Below, one piece after another: positions 1 through 8,921 of a stretch of 62,904 bases of DNA. This DNA comes from a virus (lineage: Duplodnaviria > Caudoviricetes): positions 1-62,904 of IMG/VR virus record IMGVR_UViG_3300034168_001612; one strand, 5' to 3'. A model generated the notes under the pieces. The model made no database searches. It was not told the origin of the DNA and was given only the letters and a program-made list of their open reading frames with translations. A program made the translations under genes and the position numbers. Position 1 is the stretch's first letter, and each line of letters begins with the position of its first letter.

Positions 1-1413
1 AGAGTTAATCAATTGAACAATTTCAGCAAATGAATCTTTATCAGCATCAGAAGCAGAAAGGATAGCGTCAATTCGAGATTTTTCTGTGTTAATTTTTGAA
101 TCAAGTCCTGACTCTATTGAGTCAACTTCTACTTTTGTGTAATAAGGAGTTAGATCAACATCAGGAATCAATGCAATCTGTGCATCTGCGTATGCCTTAG
201 CTTCAACAAGTTTTGAAGCATCTTGATCATCAGCATATTTTTTAGTGGCAGCATCTTGATCAGAAGTAGGGTCGAGCAATTCAGTGATCTTATTAGAATT
301 CATATCAATAGAAGTAAGCATATTTAGCTTAGAACCATCAATTTGGACCAAACCTCGTGTGGCTGCAGAACCAGAAGAAATTAAGATATTTCCAGAAGCT
401 ACAGAAGCAGCACCAGACTGAACTTGAACTTGACCAGAATTTGCACCAGAAGATTGACCAGAAAGAAGAGATGTAACGCCTGAATCTCCAACAGAATTTC
501 CAGATCTAACTTGTGTGTTACCTGAGTTTACAGCAGCATCACCTGATCTTAAAACAGCAGTACCTGTACTGCTTGATGATGAGTTACCAGATTTTAAAGT
601 TGCAAATCCAGTAGCACCTATACCATCACCCGAATGAGCAAAAATAGGACCAGAAGCCCCACTTACCTCGGCAGTACCAGAAAGAATCGTTACACCACCA
701 GAATTTGCACCTCTCGTGTATCCTGAACCAACGACCATTTCCTTGGAAGCGTTTCCAGCGAATGCCCCCAGTTGGTCGGCTGACTGGATATACATTTCAT
801 CAGTTGAACCATCTTTAGCTGTGATCACAGAGTAACCTGCACCCCATGGATTACCAATAACAATATTGTTAGCTTCGAGAGCAGCAGCATCAGCAACAGT
901 GATATCTAAAAGGCCTGACATAGTATCGCCAGATTTCTTAATCTTCTCAGTATCTAGTTCATTCAAGGCAGCTTGAACAGTTGTAGCATCCAAGTTACCA
1001 GCAGGAATACTAGGGATTGCAGAGGCATCAAGAACAACAACTCCAGTTTCTCCGTTAACAGAATCAACAGCTCCAGATGTAATTTGAACGTAAACAGATC
1101 CCGCCCATCTATACTGTTTATTAGTATCTAAGGCAACGTAAATTTTTCCTGCTTCTCCAGATACTGGTAATGCTGCCAAACTAGCGTATTCCTCGACATC
1201 ATCAACGTAAGACGGGAGTCTTGCTGAAGAAATTAGACCGGATGATTCAAGAACCTTAAATCCGTTTAAATAAACTTCTGATGAAGTAATTTTTGCTAGA
1301 TCGACCTCGGTAGCTCCGTCCATCGCTCTAATTGCTTGACCGTCTTTAAGTAATAATTTGTCACCATCGACTTGATTATTACCTATAAATTTTTTCTTTA
1401 ATTGCTGCGACAT
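1..1413 (-). CDS. Fibre/adhesin-like virion protein (partial, runs off the window; absent from the ORF track)
   Basis: ATG at 1413 with GGAGG RBS; reads MSQQLKKKFIGNNQVDGDK..., then LPSYVDDVEEY..GEAGKIYVALDTNKQYRWAGSVY and VDSVNGETG (phage fibre motifs), S/G-rich repeats and DAATKKYAD. Confidence 0.75.
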   Translation of the reverse strand, partial: MSQQLKKKFIGNNQVDGDKLLLKDGQAIRAMDGATEVDLAKITSSEVYLNGFKVLESSGLISSARLPSYVDDVEEYASLAALPVSGEAGKIYVALDTNKQYRWAGSVYVQITSGAVDSVNGETGVVVLDASAIPSIPAGNLDATTVQAALNELDTEKIKKSGDTMSGLLDITVADAAALEANNIVIGNPWGAGYSVITAKDGSTDEMYIQSADQLGAFAGNASKEMVVGSGYTRGANSGGVTILSGTAEVSGASGPIFAHSGDGIGATGFATLKSGNSSSSSTGTAVLRSGDAAVNSGNTQVRSGNSVGDSGVTSLLSGQSSGANSGQVQVQSGAASVASGNILISSGSAATRGLVQIDGSKLNMLTSIDMNSNKITELLDPTSDQDAATKKYADDQDASKLVEAKAYADAQIALIPDVDLTPYYTKVEVDSIESGLDSKINTEKSRIDAILSASDADKDSFAEIVQLINS

Positions 1414-1470
1414 AGTTTTTCCTCCTATGGGCTGGGTGAAAGGTGTAAATGTTTTATTGTTTTTACAAGA

Positions 1471-1479
1471 TAAAGATTA
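1471..1479 (-). promoter_or_regulatory. Putative late promoter TAATCTTTA
   Basis: Recurrent motif, oriented toward the fibre gene and just downstream of a terminator. Confidence 0.55.
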
Positions 1480-1489
1480 TATCTCTTGC

Positions 1490-1521
1490 AAACAAAAAGG
1501 GAGGCTCAATGGCCCCCCTTT
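1490..1521 (-). terminator. Rho-independent terminator after the capsid gene
   Basis: Minus strand AAAGGGGGGC-CATTGA-GCCTCCCTTT followed by TTGTTT. Confidence 0.75.
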
Positions 1522-1542
1522 ATACTTATGTTCTTAATTTAA

Positions 1543-2937
1543 TTAAGAAAGTTGACCAGTAATATTATCCACAAGAACGTTCTTACGAGGCTGGTATCCA
1601 GCAAGACATAAGAAACGGAAATGGGCTTCTGGTAAGCTAAGATCGTTGATCGCCATTTTCAAACGAGAATATGGAGACAACTGGTGAATTCCCCAAGTAT
1701 TGGCCTGGATCAAGAACCCAGTTACTGCACCTGGACTACGATGACCAAGATCAGTAAATACTGTAGAAGCACCACCGGCAGATTTTACACGACCGATAAA
1801 TTTAGCAGAAGAAGCAGATCCACCAGCTTCAGAACGGTAAACGTTAAAATACTTAGAACCATTATTAGTAATAGTTACAGTAATTTTGTCACCAGCAGCT
1901 GCAGAAGTTGAAGCAGAAGCTGAAGAAAGTGATTCACCTCTTTCGTTTACACCAGTTACGAAATAAACGTAAGCTCCAGCAGGAAGAACTGAGTTAGCAT
2001 CAGCTGGAGAAGCAAGAACTGGAACAGCAGGAGCTGCCGGAGAACCAGAACGAGCACGAGCAGGTTTAGTTTTACCAGAAAGGAATCTAGAAGCTTCTAG
2101 AGAAACTAGAGCTGAAGAAGTCCATTGTTGTCTTAATTCAGCACCAGTCTTAGACGTAGCACTTCCACTAAGAACAATTCTTTCTTTTGCGTGAGCAATT
2201 TTATTATATTGAGCAAGAGAAATAGGATCAAGACAAAGTTTGTCAGCAGAACCGTGGTTCATAGCAGAACGAACAGCAGCATCTTCGATGATAGACTGAG
2301 TAAGAGTACCATCAGCAGAGAGAACTACAGTTTGATCTGAACCATATTCAGCAAACATAAGATCTTGAGTATTTGCCATTGCATCACTCATACGGATTTG
2401 TGCGTCAACACCAACCATATTCGGGATATCAGCGATTGAAGAAGGATCTCCAGTGAAGAAACCGTCAGAAGAGAATCCAGATTGACCTTGGAAAAGATCG
2501 AATTCAACGTCACCAGAAAGTTTCATAGCAGCATCAGAAGCAGCACGATCTTCAGCTTTAACGCCGTCAAAAGCACCAATCATGTTAGAAGCTACTGAAA
2601 CACGACGAGTTGTCGAGTAGTAAGCCATTGGAACTACAGCACGTACGTAGTTTGAAGTATCTTCTTCTCCGATACCACCTTCATACTGAGCTGAACCACC
2701 AAAAATACCGTAATCAAGTTGACGGTTAAATTGGATGAGTTGAGACTTGGCATCTTTGCTTTCAACCATTTTTTGAAGCTTGATGTGAGAATCATCCCAA
2801 GTAACGTTTTGCATAACAGGAGAAAGATCTTCTACCTGAAGTGCTGAACCTTGAGTAAGACTGTCTGGGGTTGCGTTGTAACTACCAACTTCTAGTGCCT
2901 TTACTAGCTGTTGCAGTTGTTCAATAGTGTTCGACAT
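1543..2937 (-). CDS. Major capsid protein (Herelleviridae-like, with an Ig/FN3-like insertion)
   Basis: KALEVGSYNATPDSLTQGSALQVEDLSPVMQNVTW resembles the Twort/SPO1-like MCP N-terminus; 464 aa; follows the scaffold; GGAGG RBS. Confidence 0.85.
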   Translation of the reverse strand: MSNTIEQLQQLVKALEVGSYNATPDSLTQGSALQVEDLSPVMQNVTWDDSHIKLQKMVESKDAKSQLIQFNRQLDYGIFGGSAQYEGGIGEEDTSNYVRAVVPMAYYSTTRRVSVASNMIGAFDGVKAEDRAASDAAMKLSGDVEFDLFQGQSGFSSDGFFTGDPSSIADIPNMVGVDAQIRMSDAMANTQDLMFAEYGSDQTVVLSADGTLTQSIIEDAAVRSAMNHGSADKLCLDPISLAQYNKIAHAKERIVLSGSATSKTGAELRQQWTSSALVSLEASRFLSGKTKPARARSGSPAAPAVPVLASPADANSVLPAGAYVYFVTGVNERGESLSSASASTSAAAGDKITVTITNNGSKYFNVYRSEAGGSASSAKFIGRVKSAGGASTVFTDLGHRSPGAVTGFLIQANTWGIHQLSPYSRLKMAINDLSLPEAHFRFLCLAGYQPRKNVLVDNITGQLS

Positions 2938-2946
2938 GGATTCCTC

Positions 2947-3678
2947 CTATTTTGAAATTAAGTGTTTAATTTTTTCTACACTTTCGTTTTTTAGATAAAA
3001 ATTGTTTATAGCATCTCTATCAGATTTAGACAATGATTGAAAATCAAGAGCTTTTAGCTTGCTTGTAACTTCGCCTTTTGACATTTCAGCAACGTTAACA
3101 CCTTCTGTTTCCAGCTCTTCTGATTTAGCAATAAAGCTACTAGCAGTGATCGCTTTCTGAGCAGGGGCTTTTTTTGAAGCAAAAAGTTTGTTTACAAGAT
3201 CGTTTAAGCTTTCAAGATTTTTCTTAAGTGCTTCATTTTCTTGAATTAAAGATTTTTCAGACTTGTCCATTTTCGGAGCGTCAGATTTTTTACGATCTTT
3301 CTTCTCTTCCTCTTCTTCGTCTTCATCTTCGTCTTCAGATTTTTTAGCAGACATTTCGCCGCACTTTTCCATTTCTTCTTTTTCTTCGTGCTTCTTGTCT
3401 TCTTTTTTCTCTTTTTCTTCGTGCTCTTTACTTTCTTCTTCTTCTTCGTCCTCAGACTTAGTCATCATAACTTTTTTAATAGAAGAATAATGAACTTCAA
3501 TTTCATTTTTTGTCATTGAAGCGTAAAGATCTTCAATTGTTTCAAATTCTTCAGAATCGGCTTCGACCGATTCTTCAGTTGTTTGATTTTTTTCGTTTTT
3601 TGCAATGCCTTCCAAGGTTCTTTCAAATTCGTGTTCTACCTGGAGGAGCATTTCATCAACCTGTGCTTTTGTATACAT
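2947..3678 (-). CDS. Capsid scaffolding protein
   Basis: Very acidic, coiled-coil, directly upstream of the MCP, many KSE motifs. Confidence 0.7.
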   Translation of the reverse strand: MYTKAQVDEMLLQVEHEFERTLEGIAKNEKNQTTEESVEADSEEFETIEDLYASMTKNEIEVHYSSIKKVMMTKSEDEEEEESKEHEEKEKKEDKKHEEKEEMEKCGEMSAKKSEDEDEDEEEEEKKDRKKSDAPKMDKSEKSLIQENEALKKNLESLNDLVNKLFASKKAPAQKAITASSFIAKSEELETEGVNVAEMSKGEVTSKLKALDFQSLSKSDRDAINNFYLKNESVEKIKHLISK

Positions 3679-3711
3679 GGCAGATCTCCTTTATATGTGA
3701 GTAGACAAAAA

Positions 3712-4101
3712 TTAAGCTCCTCTAGTTGGCCACATCATGTTATGTCTTTGTTCTTCAGCACTATCAGCAGCTATTTCAGCATCGGCAAGAGTTGCGTCTT
3801 CACCAATTTTAAGAGCTACGCCTTGTTTTCCAAGTTCCATCATGGCTTTAGCAACTTGAGAATGAGTAGCTACAGCGTTGTCGATTGCAAGTTTTACTTC
3901 ATGCGGGGCAAATGAGTCAACAGAATTTCCAAAGATATCTTTAGAAACAGCATCTTTAGCTTCGATTCTGATAGAAATACAAGCACTTAGTACTAATTTC
4001 TTACCTTTTGCAAGATCAGACTCAACTACAGAAAAGCCTCTTTTTTCAAGAGCAGATTTCATTTCACGAGCCATTGCTTGAGATTTTGCTTTACTTAACA
4101 T
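3712..4101 (-). CDS. Hypothetical virion-associated protein
   Basis: 129 aa, AGGAGG RBS, first gene of the capsid operon. Confidence 0.65.
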   Translation of the reverse strand: MLSKAKSQAMAREMKSALEKRGFSVVESDLAKGKKLVLSACISIRIEAKDAVSKDIFGNSVDSFAPHEVKLAIDNAVATHSQVAKAMMELGKQGVALKIGEDATLADAEIAADSAEEQRHNMMWPTRGA

Positions 4102-4241
4102 AAAATTCCTCCTATTAATATAGAAAATTGCGTATCAACGAATTTTCAACGGTTTATTATAAATTATTATGTCTCATGGGTGTAAAATGAATGATATTAT
4201 ATAGTTACAATTAAATATTTTTCACAAAAACTAATGAAAAT

Positions 4242-4250
4242 AAATCTTTA
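4242..4250 (+). promoter_or_regulatory. Putative late promoter AAATCTTTA
   Basis: Recurrent motif just upstream of the protease gene. Confidence 0.5.
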
Positions 4251-4259
4251 ACTGTAAGT

Positions 4260-6152
4260 ATGGGAAATAAAATGAGCAAAAATACAATAATCGACGGAAT
4301 CGCTGCAAGTGAACACATAGACTCTTCAGGTGAGTCACTAAGTATTGAGGGGATGGACATCTCAAGTCTGGGTGGTCCTGATTCAATATTGAACTGGGAA
4401 CACGGTTCAAAAGACCGTCCGGGTCAGGTTGTTGGTAAAGTTACGTTTGCCAGAAAAATCATGAAAAAAGAAGACGCTAAATCCCAAAGGGAGCTTTATT
4501 TTTGGAATAAAGCAAAAAAACCTTTTGTTTATATTAAAGCGGAACTATTTGATGGATTAGGCCACTCTGGCGCAGAAGACGTATCGGCCATGTTAAAATA
4601 TAAAAACAAAGATAAAGGTGAGGACAGCAGACTTGTTGTAGGTTTTTCGATCGAAGGTGGTAAGATTGAAAAAAATGGCATGCTGGTAACAAAATCAATA
4701 GCACGAGATGTTGCAATTACTGTTAAGCCATGTAATAAGATATGCGACGCAGAAGTAATAGATAGCGAAGTTGCAGATGACTTTCTTTACAAGAATCAAA
4801 ACTTTGATTGTGAAATTCTAGAAAGTGAATTATCAATAAATTCAACATCGTACAGATCCCTACTGTTGGATAGTATTAAAAAAAGTGAATGGAAACCATC
4901 GAAAGAAGATAAAGAGCAAATCAAAGAACTCAAAATAACTCCTAAAGCTAAGGAGTTGATTGAAGAATATAGTACAGATAATAATATGAGAAAAGCCCTT
5001 ATTGCTGGTATGATAACAGGATCTCCTGATTGTCGAACAGGAACAGCGGCCTTGACTCCTGAACATTTAGAGGGTAAACTAGAAAAACCTTTTACATCCA
5101 AAGCTCAGCGTAAGTTTGCTTACGCCAATCCTGAAAAATTTGGAGGGAAAGAAGGTGTAAAAGAATGGGAAGAAAAAACTCCCAAAAAACTGCCCGAAAA
5201 AGTTAAAAAAGCTGAAAAGTTAGAAAAAATGTCTCGTCCACTTATGCAAAATAAAGAATTGAATCTAGGACAAGATCCTAGAATGGATGTTAAAAGTGTA
5301 GATCCTAAAAAGGAATACACTGTTCCTGCTAAAATGACTCCAGAAGGTGTAAAGCCCGAGCAAAAATATAGTGCAATGGATATAGAAAATAAAAAACTGA
5401 CACAGATGGCAAGAGAAGGGATGAGACAACAACAAAAAAATCCCGAAAAAATATCTCCTAAAAAAGAAGGCGAGATAAAAGAAAAAGCAACAAAAACATA
5501 TGGTGATTTGTTAGACCCTAACCAAGAAGCTGCAGCAAATGTTAACATACCTGGGTATGGTCAAAAATCTTATGAATATACCCCGCAAGAACAGACTGCT
5601 AAACAGGGTAAAATTTTGTATACATCTGATAAATCTAAAAGACCTCCTGAGGCTCAGTTGGGTCATAAAATACACGAAGCAACCCATGGCTTTTTTACAG
5701 ACATAATAAACAAACACGGTCGCCCTAATGCTATAGCTTTATCTGACAGATTGTTAAAAGAAAACTTTCATCCAAAAGACAGAGAAAGAATAAAGAGCTG
5801 GATCAAAAACAAGGGATATAAATCAAAGAATGATCGGTTTAACGAAGAACATATCACTCACATATCTGATGTATTAAACAATCCATCTGATAAAAAAAGT
5901 TTTTACGAGCACTTGGGATTTGAAAACTCTGAAAAGATATTTAAACAGATCCCATCTTACGTAAAAGCGTTAAAAACGGGCCAAGGAATTGAGAAATTTT
6001 CTCCAGAAGAATTAGATAAAATTAGACAGGTAAGACATATTGATAGAAGGTTAAAAAGAGGTTGGGAAAATGCTACCAAATTTACCAGCAACCCTCTTCA
6101 GTTGACCGATTTTTTTAATCAAATTGATAAAAAACAAAAGAAAAAAGGATAG
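4260..6152 (+). CDS. Prohead protease with a long C-terminal extension containing a HExxH domain (alternative start 4272)
   Basis: N-terminal GIAASEHIDSSGE..NWEHG..GFSIEG..VAITVKPCN motifs; C-terminal FTSKAQRKFAYANP module and HEATH. Confidence 0.8.
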   Translation: MGNKMSKNTIIDGIAASEHIDSSGESLSIEGMDISSLGGPDSILNWEHGSKDRPGQVVGKVTFARKIMKKEDAKSQRELYFWNKAKKPFVYIKAELFDGLGHSGAEDVSAMLKYKNKDKGEDSRLVVGFSIEGGKIEKNGMLVTKSIARDVAITVKPCNKICDAEVIDSEVADDFLYKNQNFDCEILESELSINSTSYRSLLLDSIKKSEWKPSKEDKEQIKELKITPKAKELIEEYSTDNNMRKALIAGMITGSPDCRTGTAALTPEHLEGKLEKPFTSKAQRKFAYANPEKFGGKEGVKEWEEKTPKKLPEKVKKAEKLEKMSRPLMQNKELNLGQDPRMDVKSVDPKKEYTVPAKMTPEGVKPEQKYSAMDIENKKLTQMAREGMRQQQKNPEKISPKKEGEIKEKATKTYGDLLDPNQEAAANVNIPGYGQKSYEYTPQEQTAKQGKILYTSDKSKRPPEAQLGHKIHEATHGFFTDIINKHGRPNAIALSDRLLKENFHPKDRERIKSWIKNKGYKSKNDRFNEEHITHISDVLNNPSDKKSFYEHLGFENSEKIFKQIPSYVKALKTGQGIEKFSPEELDKIRQVRHIDRRLKRGWENATKFTSNPLQLTDFFNQIDKKQKKKG

Positions 6153-6161
6153 TTTTTCAAT

Positions 6162-6554
6162 ATGTCTAAAAATAGCAAACGAGTAGCAATTGGGTTAATA
6201 GTAGATAAAGAAAACAAAATTCTTATGGGAAAAAGAAATGATACAAACAAATGGACAATTCCCGCAGGTCACATAGAAGAAAATGAATGTCCGTTTGCCG
6301 GAATGGGAAGAGAGCTTAAGGAAGAGACAGGATTGGATGCTAAAGAAATTAAAATGATTAGAGCAGGATTTGAAGATGATTTACTGCTTTATTTATTTGA
6401 AATAGAAATAGATCCGAAACAAAAAATTGACACCTCCGGCGATCCGGATGGTGAATGTAACGATTGGACATATGAAGATCCATTCGATCATGTTTACGAA
6501 CTACATGTACCAGCTCATAAGAACTGGGCATTAAAACACTGGGCCAATAGGTAA
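6162..6554 (+). CDS. NUDIX hydrolase
   Basis: Nudix box PAGHIEENE..GMGRELKEETGL. Confidence 0.9.
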   Translation: MSKNSKRVAIGLIVDKENKILMGKRNDTNKWTIPAGHIEENECPFAGMGRELKEETGLDAKEIKMIRAGFEDDLLLYLFEIEIDPKQKIDTSGDPDGECNDWTYEDPFDHVYELHVPAHKNWALKHWANR

Positions 6555-6557
6555 AAT

Positions 6558-6887
6558 ATGAATTACGAAATCTTAGGACTTGTTCTTGCAGCATTATTTA
6601 TGATAAGCGGTGGGGTTGCCACTCTTTATAGAATGATCAACTCTTTACGAGAAGAAAGAGATCGTGAAAATGAAAAACTTATAAAAGAAGCCAAGGAATA
6701 TACTGATGTAAAATGCCAATCTCTGGAGCAGGAGTTAGCTCATCAAAAAGATATGCACGAAGGTAAGATTGCTGAATTATCTGATAAAATTGAACAACTA
6801 AGAGAAGAAATGAGGAGGCACCATGGTCAGCTAGTGGAACTCCTCACTAAAATGATCGACAAAACCCATTTTAAAGACAAAGATTAA
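6558..6887 (+). CDS. Membrane-anchored coiled-coil protein (possible lysis accessory)
   Basis: N-terminal TM helix followed by heptad-rich helix. Confidence 0.55.
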   Translation: MNYEILGLVLAALFMISGGVATLYRMINSLREERDRENEKLIKEAKEYTDVKCQSLEQELAHQKDMHEGKIAELSDKIEQLREEMRRHHGQLVELLTKMIDKTHFKDKD

Positions 6888-7162
6888 AAACCTAATTCTT
6901 TTGCTCTAGCCATACTAAGAGTCCCTCGGGCTTCTCCTGCTCTTTTTGTTCTTTCGTAATCTACTGTTTTGAAACTTACAAAAGTACCTTTTGGAGCTAC
7001 AACCTCAAAAACAGTACCATCCTCAGGATCTTGGAAAGCTTTTCCAACACCAATTGTTGTTAAAAGCCCCTCTACCTCTGTCCCCAATTCTTTAAGCTCA
7101 TTTTTAAGACTTTCTACTTTTTTTGAAACTTCAATAAGTTTTTTTTGTTCATCTGTAAGCAT
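6884..7162 (-). CDS. Hypothetical protein (start corrected to 7162)
   Basis: AAGGAGG RBS before ATG (MLTDEQKK); has its own sigma70 promoter. Confidence 0.7.
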   Translation of the reverse strand: MLTDEQKKLIEVSKKVESLKNELKELGTEVEGLLTTIGVGKAFQDPEDGTVFEVVAPKGTFVSFKTVDYERTKRAGEARGTLSMARAKELGF

Positions 7163-7183
7163 GTTTCCTCCTTGCTTTTTTAT

Positions 7184-7212
7184 ATGATAGAACAAGATGA
7201 TTTTTATGTCAA
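7184..7212 (-). promoter_or_regulatory. Sigma70-type promoter
   Basis: TTGACA-17 bp-TATCAT. Confidence 0.75.
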
Positions 7213-7266
7213 TTAAAAAAATATTCAATATTTTCAATTACTTGGATATGCAATGGTTACGTAATA

Positions 7267-7275
7267 TAATCTTTA
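7267..7275 (+). promoter_or_regulatory. Putative late promoter TAATCTTTA
   Basis: Recurrent motif in an intergenic region. Confidence 0.55.
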
Positions 7276-7329
7276 ATTCATAGTATGCAAAAAAGGCGTT
7301 ACGGATTAACCGTTCTATGGGAGAAATTT

Positions 7330-7770
7330 ATGATTAGTGAAAAAGAAGAAGTTATTCTTGGTATCGCTCTTGCAAACAAAAGAGTTGCCAGCGAATTGGT
7401 GGCAAGAGTTATCGACGCTACACCAGCCGATGCTGCTGCTGCTCAAGCTATTCTTGATGTGGTCTCAAGCTCTTCAAAAGAAGAGAAACAGATCGAAGAG
7501 TATCTTATAGTCGCTCTTACAAGTCGCCGTTTGGGGAAAGAAGTCTCTGATAAACTAAAACTAATTGTTGAATGCTTATCGCTTCAAGCCGCTGACTTGA
7601 TTGCAAATAACGCTGCTTTGAACGCTAAACAAGCGCTTCTCAGCTCTCTTAGTAAAGAAGCAAGAGAAAGATTAGTGGTTGCTATGGCTAATAGAGCTGT
7701 TGCTAAGTCAGTAGCGGATAAAATTGATGTTGCAATTGTTGCCGCTGTTGCAATCCCTGACGCTGTCTAA
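7330..7770 (+). CDS. Ala-rich helical repeat protein, probably virion-associated
   Basis: GGGAG RBS; three internal repeats (LGIALANKRVASEL / LIVALTSRRLGKEV / LVVAMANRAVAKSV). Confidence 0.65.
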   Translation: MISEKEEVILGIALANKRVASELVARVIDATPADAAAAQAILDVVSSSSKEEKQIEEYLIVALTSRRLGKEVSDKLKLIVECLSLQAADLIANNAALNAKQALLSSLSKEARERLVVAMANRAVAKSVADKIDVAIVAAVAIPDAV

Positions 7771-7777
7771 TTAGTTA

Positions 7778-7951
7778 ATGGAAAAATCGGATTTAATGAG
7801 GACTTTAATGGAAAGGCTGTTTCGTAAGAAGCATCAACCAGAGAAGTCCTCAATAGAAAATCAAGAAAAATCTGAATCAGAAGATCATATCTTTAAATCA
7901 AATCAATCATTTCGAGTGGTTAAAAAGAAAATTGTAAGAAGAAGGGACTAA
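7778..7951 (+). CDS. Small 57-aa protein with four x-K-S motifs (absent from the ORF track)
   Basis: MEKSDLMRTLMERLFRKKHQPEKSSIENQEKSESEDHIFKSNQSFRVVKKKIVRRRD; fills the intergenic gap. Confidence 0.55.
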   Translation: MEKSDLMRTLMERLFRKKHQPEKSSIENQEKSESEDHIFKSNQSFRVVKKKIVRRRD

Positions 7952-8490
7952 ATTCTGTAGTCTTTTTCAATAATATTCAATATTTGATCTCTTACATCAA
8001 AAATTTTGTCGTCTTCATTAAAAAATATGAGCCTGATATCAAGACCTTGAGAGACAGAGTAATTGTTTATATTCTTGAAAAAATTATAAGAATCTAGCAA
8101 TCCGTAGATATCAGGAAGTTCTTTAAATCGTTCAGCAGGAATTGACATATTTTCAGGTATTAGAAAGAAATGAATAGACCCATACTTATGGTTTATATCC
8201 TGTTCCTTTCTCAACAATTCTCGATAACCATCTCCCACAGAAAATATACCTAAGCCTTTTTTAACATCATCCTGAAACAAAGAGAGTATGGAGTTTTCCT
8301 TCAAAATGACAGAATTAGAGTTATCTTCTAATAAGATGTTTTGTAATTTCAGCTTGTTATCATCTGTGCCATTCATTTCATGCAAGTCAAGTTCTTTATT
8401 TTTCAAATACTTACGCATTTCTCTGACCACGGAAGTTTTACCCGCTTTGTCTATCCCGTCTATGTAGATGCATCTTATTTTTCTTGACAT
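7948..8490 (-). CDS. Thymidylate/dNMP kinase-like P-loop protein
   Basis: IYIDGIDKAGKTS Walker A. Confidence 0.7.
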   Translation of the reverse strand: MSRKIRCIYIDGIDKAGKTSVVREMRKYLKNKELDLHEMNGTDDNKLKLQNILLEDNSNSVILKENSILSLFQDDVKKGLGIFSVGDGYRELLRKEQDINHKYGSIHFFLIPENMSIPAERFKELPDIYGLLDSYNFFKNINNYSVSQGLDIRLIFFNEDDKIFDVRDQILNIIEKDYRI

Positions 8491-8497
8491 ATAATAT

Positions 8498-8515
8498 ATA
8501 ATATCATAATCTTTA
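8498..8515. promoter_or_regulatory. Back-to-back promoters: extended -10 TGATATTAT (-) and late motif TAATCTTTA (+)
   Basis: The two recurrent motifs abut in a 41-bp divergent gap. Confidence 0.5.
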
Positions 8516-8531
8516 AACTATAGGAGCACTC

Positions 8532-8921
8532 ATGAAAATATCGGTTAAGTTCTTGAAAAATGTAGCAAATGTAAACACTTTTCAATACGCATCTCAATGG
8601 AATATTTCCGAAGGATCGTCGCAAGTTTTGTACTTTCAATTCGTTGACAAACTTAAAGACGATCTGAGATATAAGAGCCAAGCAACCGTTATTGATGAGG
8701 TATCGGTAACGTTCTTAAACATTGATGAAGCTTCAGAAATTATCAAAATAGCCACACAGGCTTTCCCTGACGATAAATCGATATGGACTATCACTTTAGA
8801 AAGTGACGAAGTCCCAAATCCGGGTGCTGCAAAATTTTCAATAACCGAAGACGGACAAGAGCGCAGGTTCAGAGTAGAACAAGCTATTTCTGTCGATCTT
8901 CTTGACGCTGGGAGCTGCTAA
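8532..8921 (+). CDS. Hypothetical structural protein (beta-rich)
   Basis: AGGAG RBS; precedes the neck gene. Confidence 0.6.
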   Translation: MKISVKFLKNVANVNTFQYASQWNISEGSSQVLYFQFVDKLKDDLRYKSQATVIDEVSVTFLNIDEASEIIKIATQAFPDDKSIWTITLESDEVPNPGAAKFSITEDGQERRFRVEQAISVDLLDAGSC

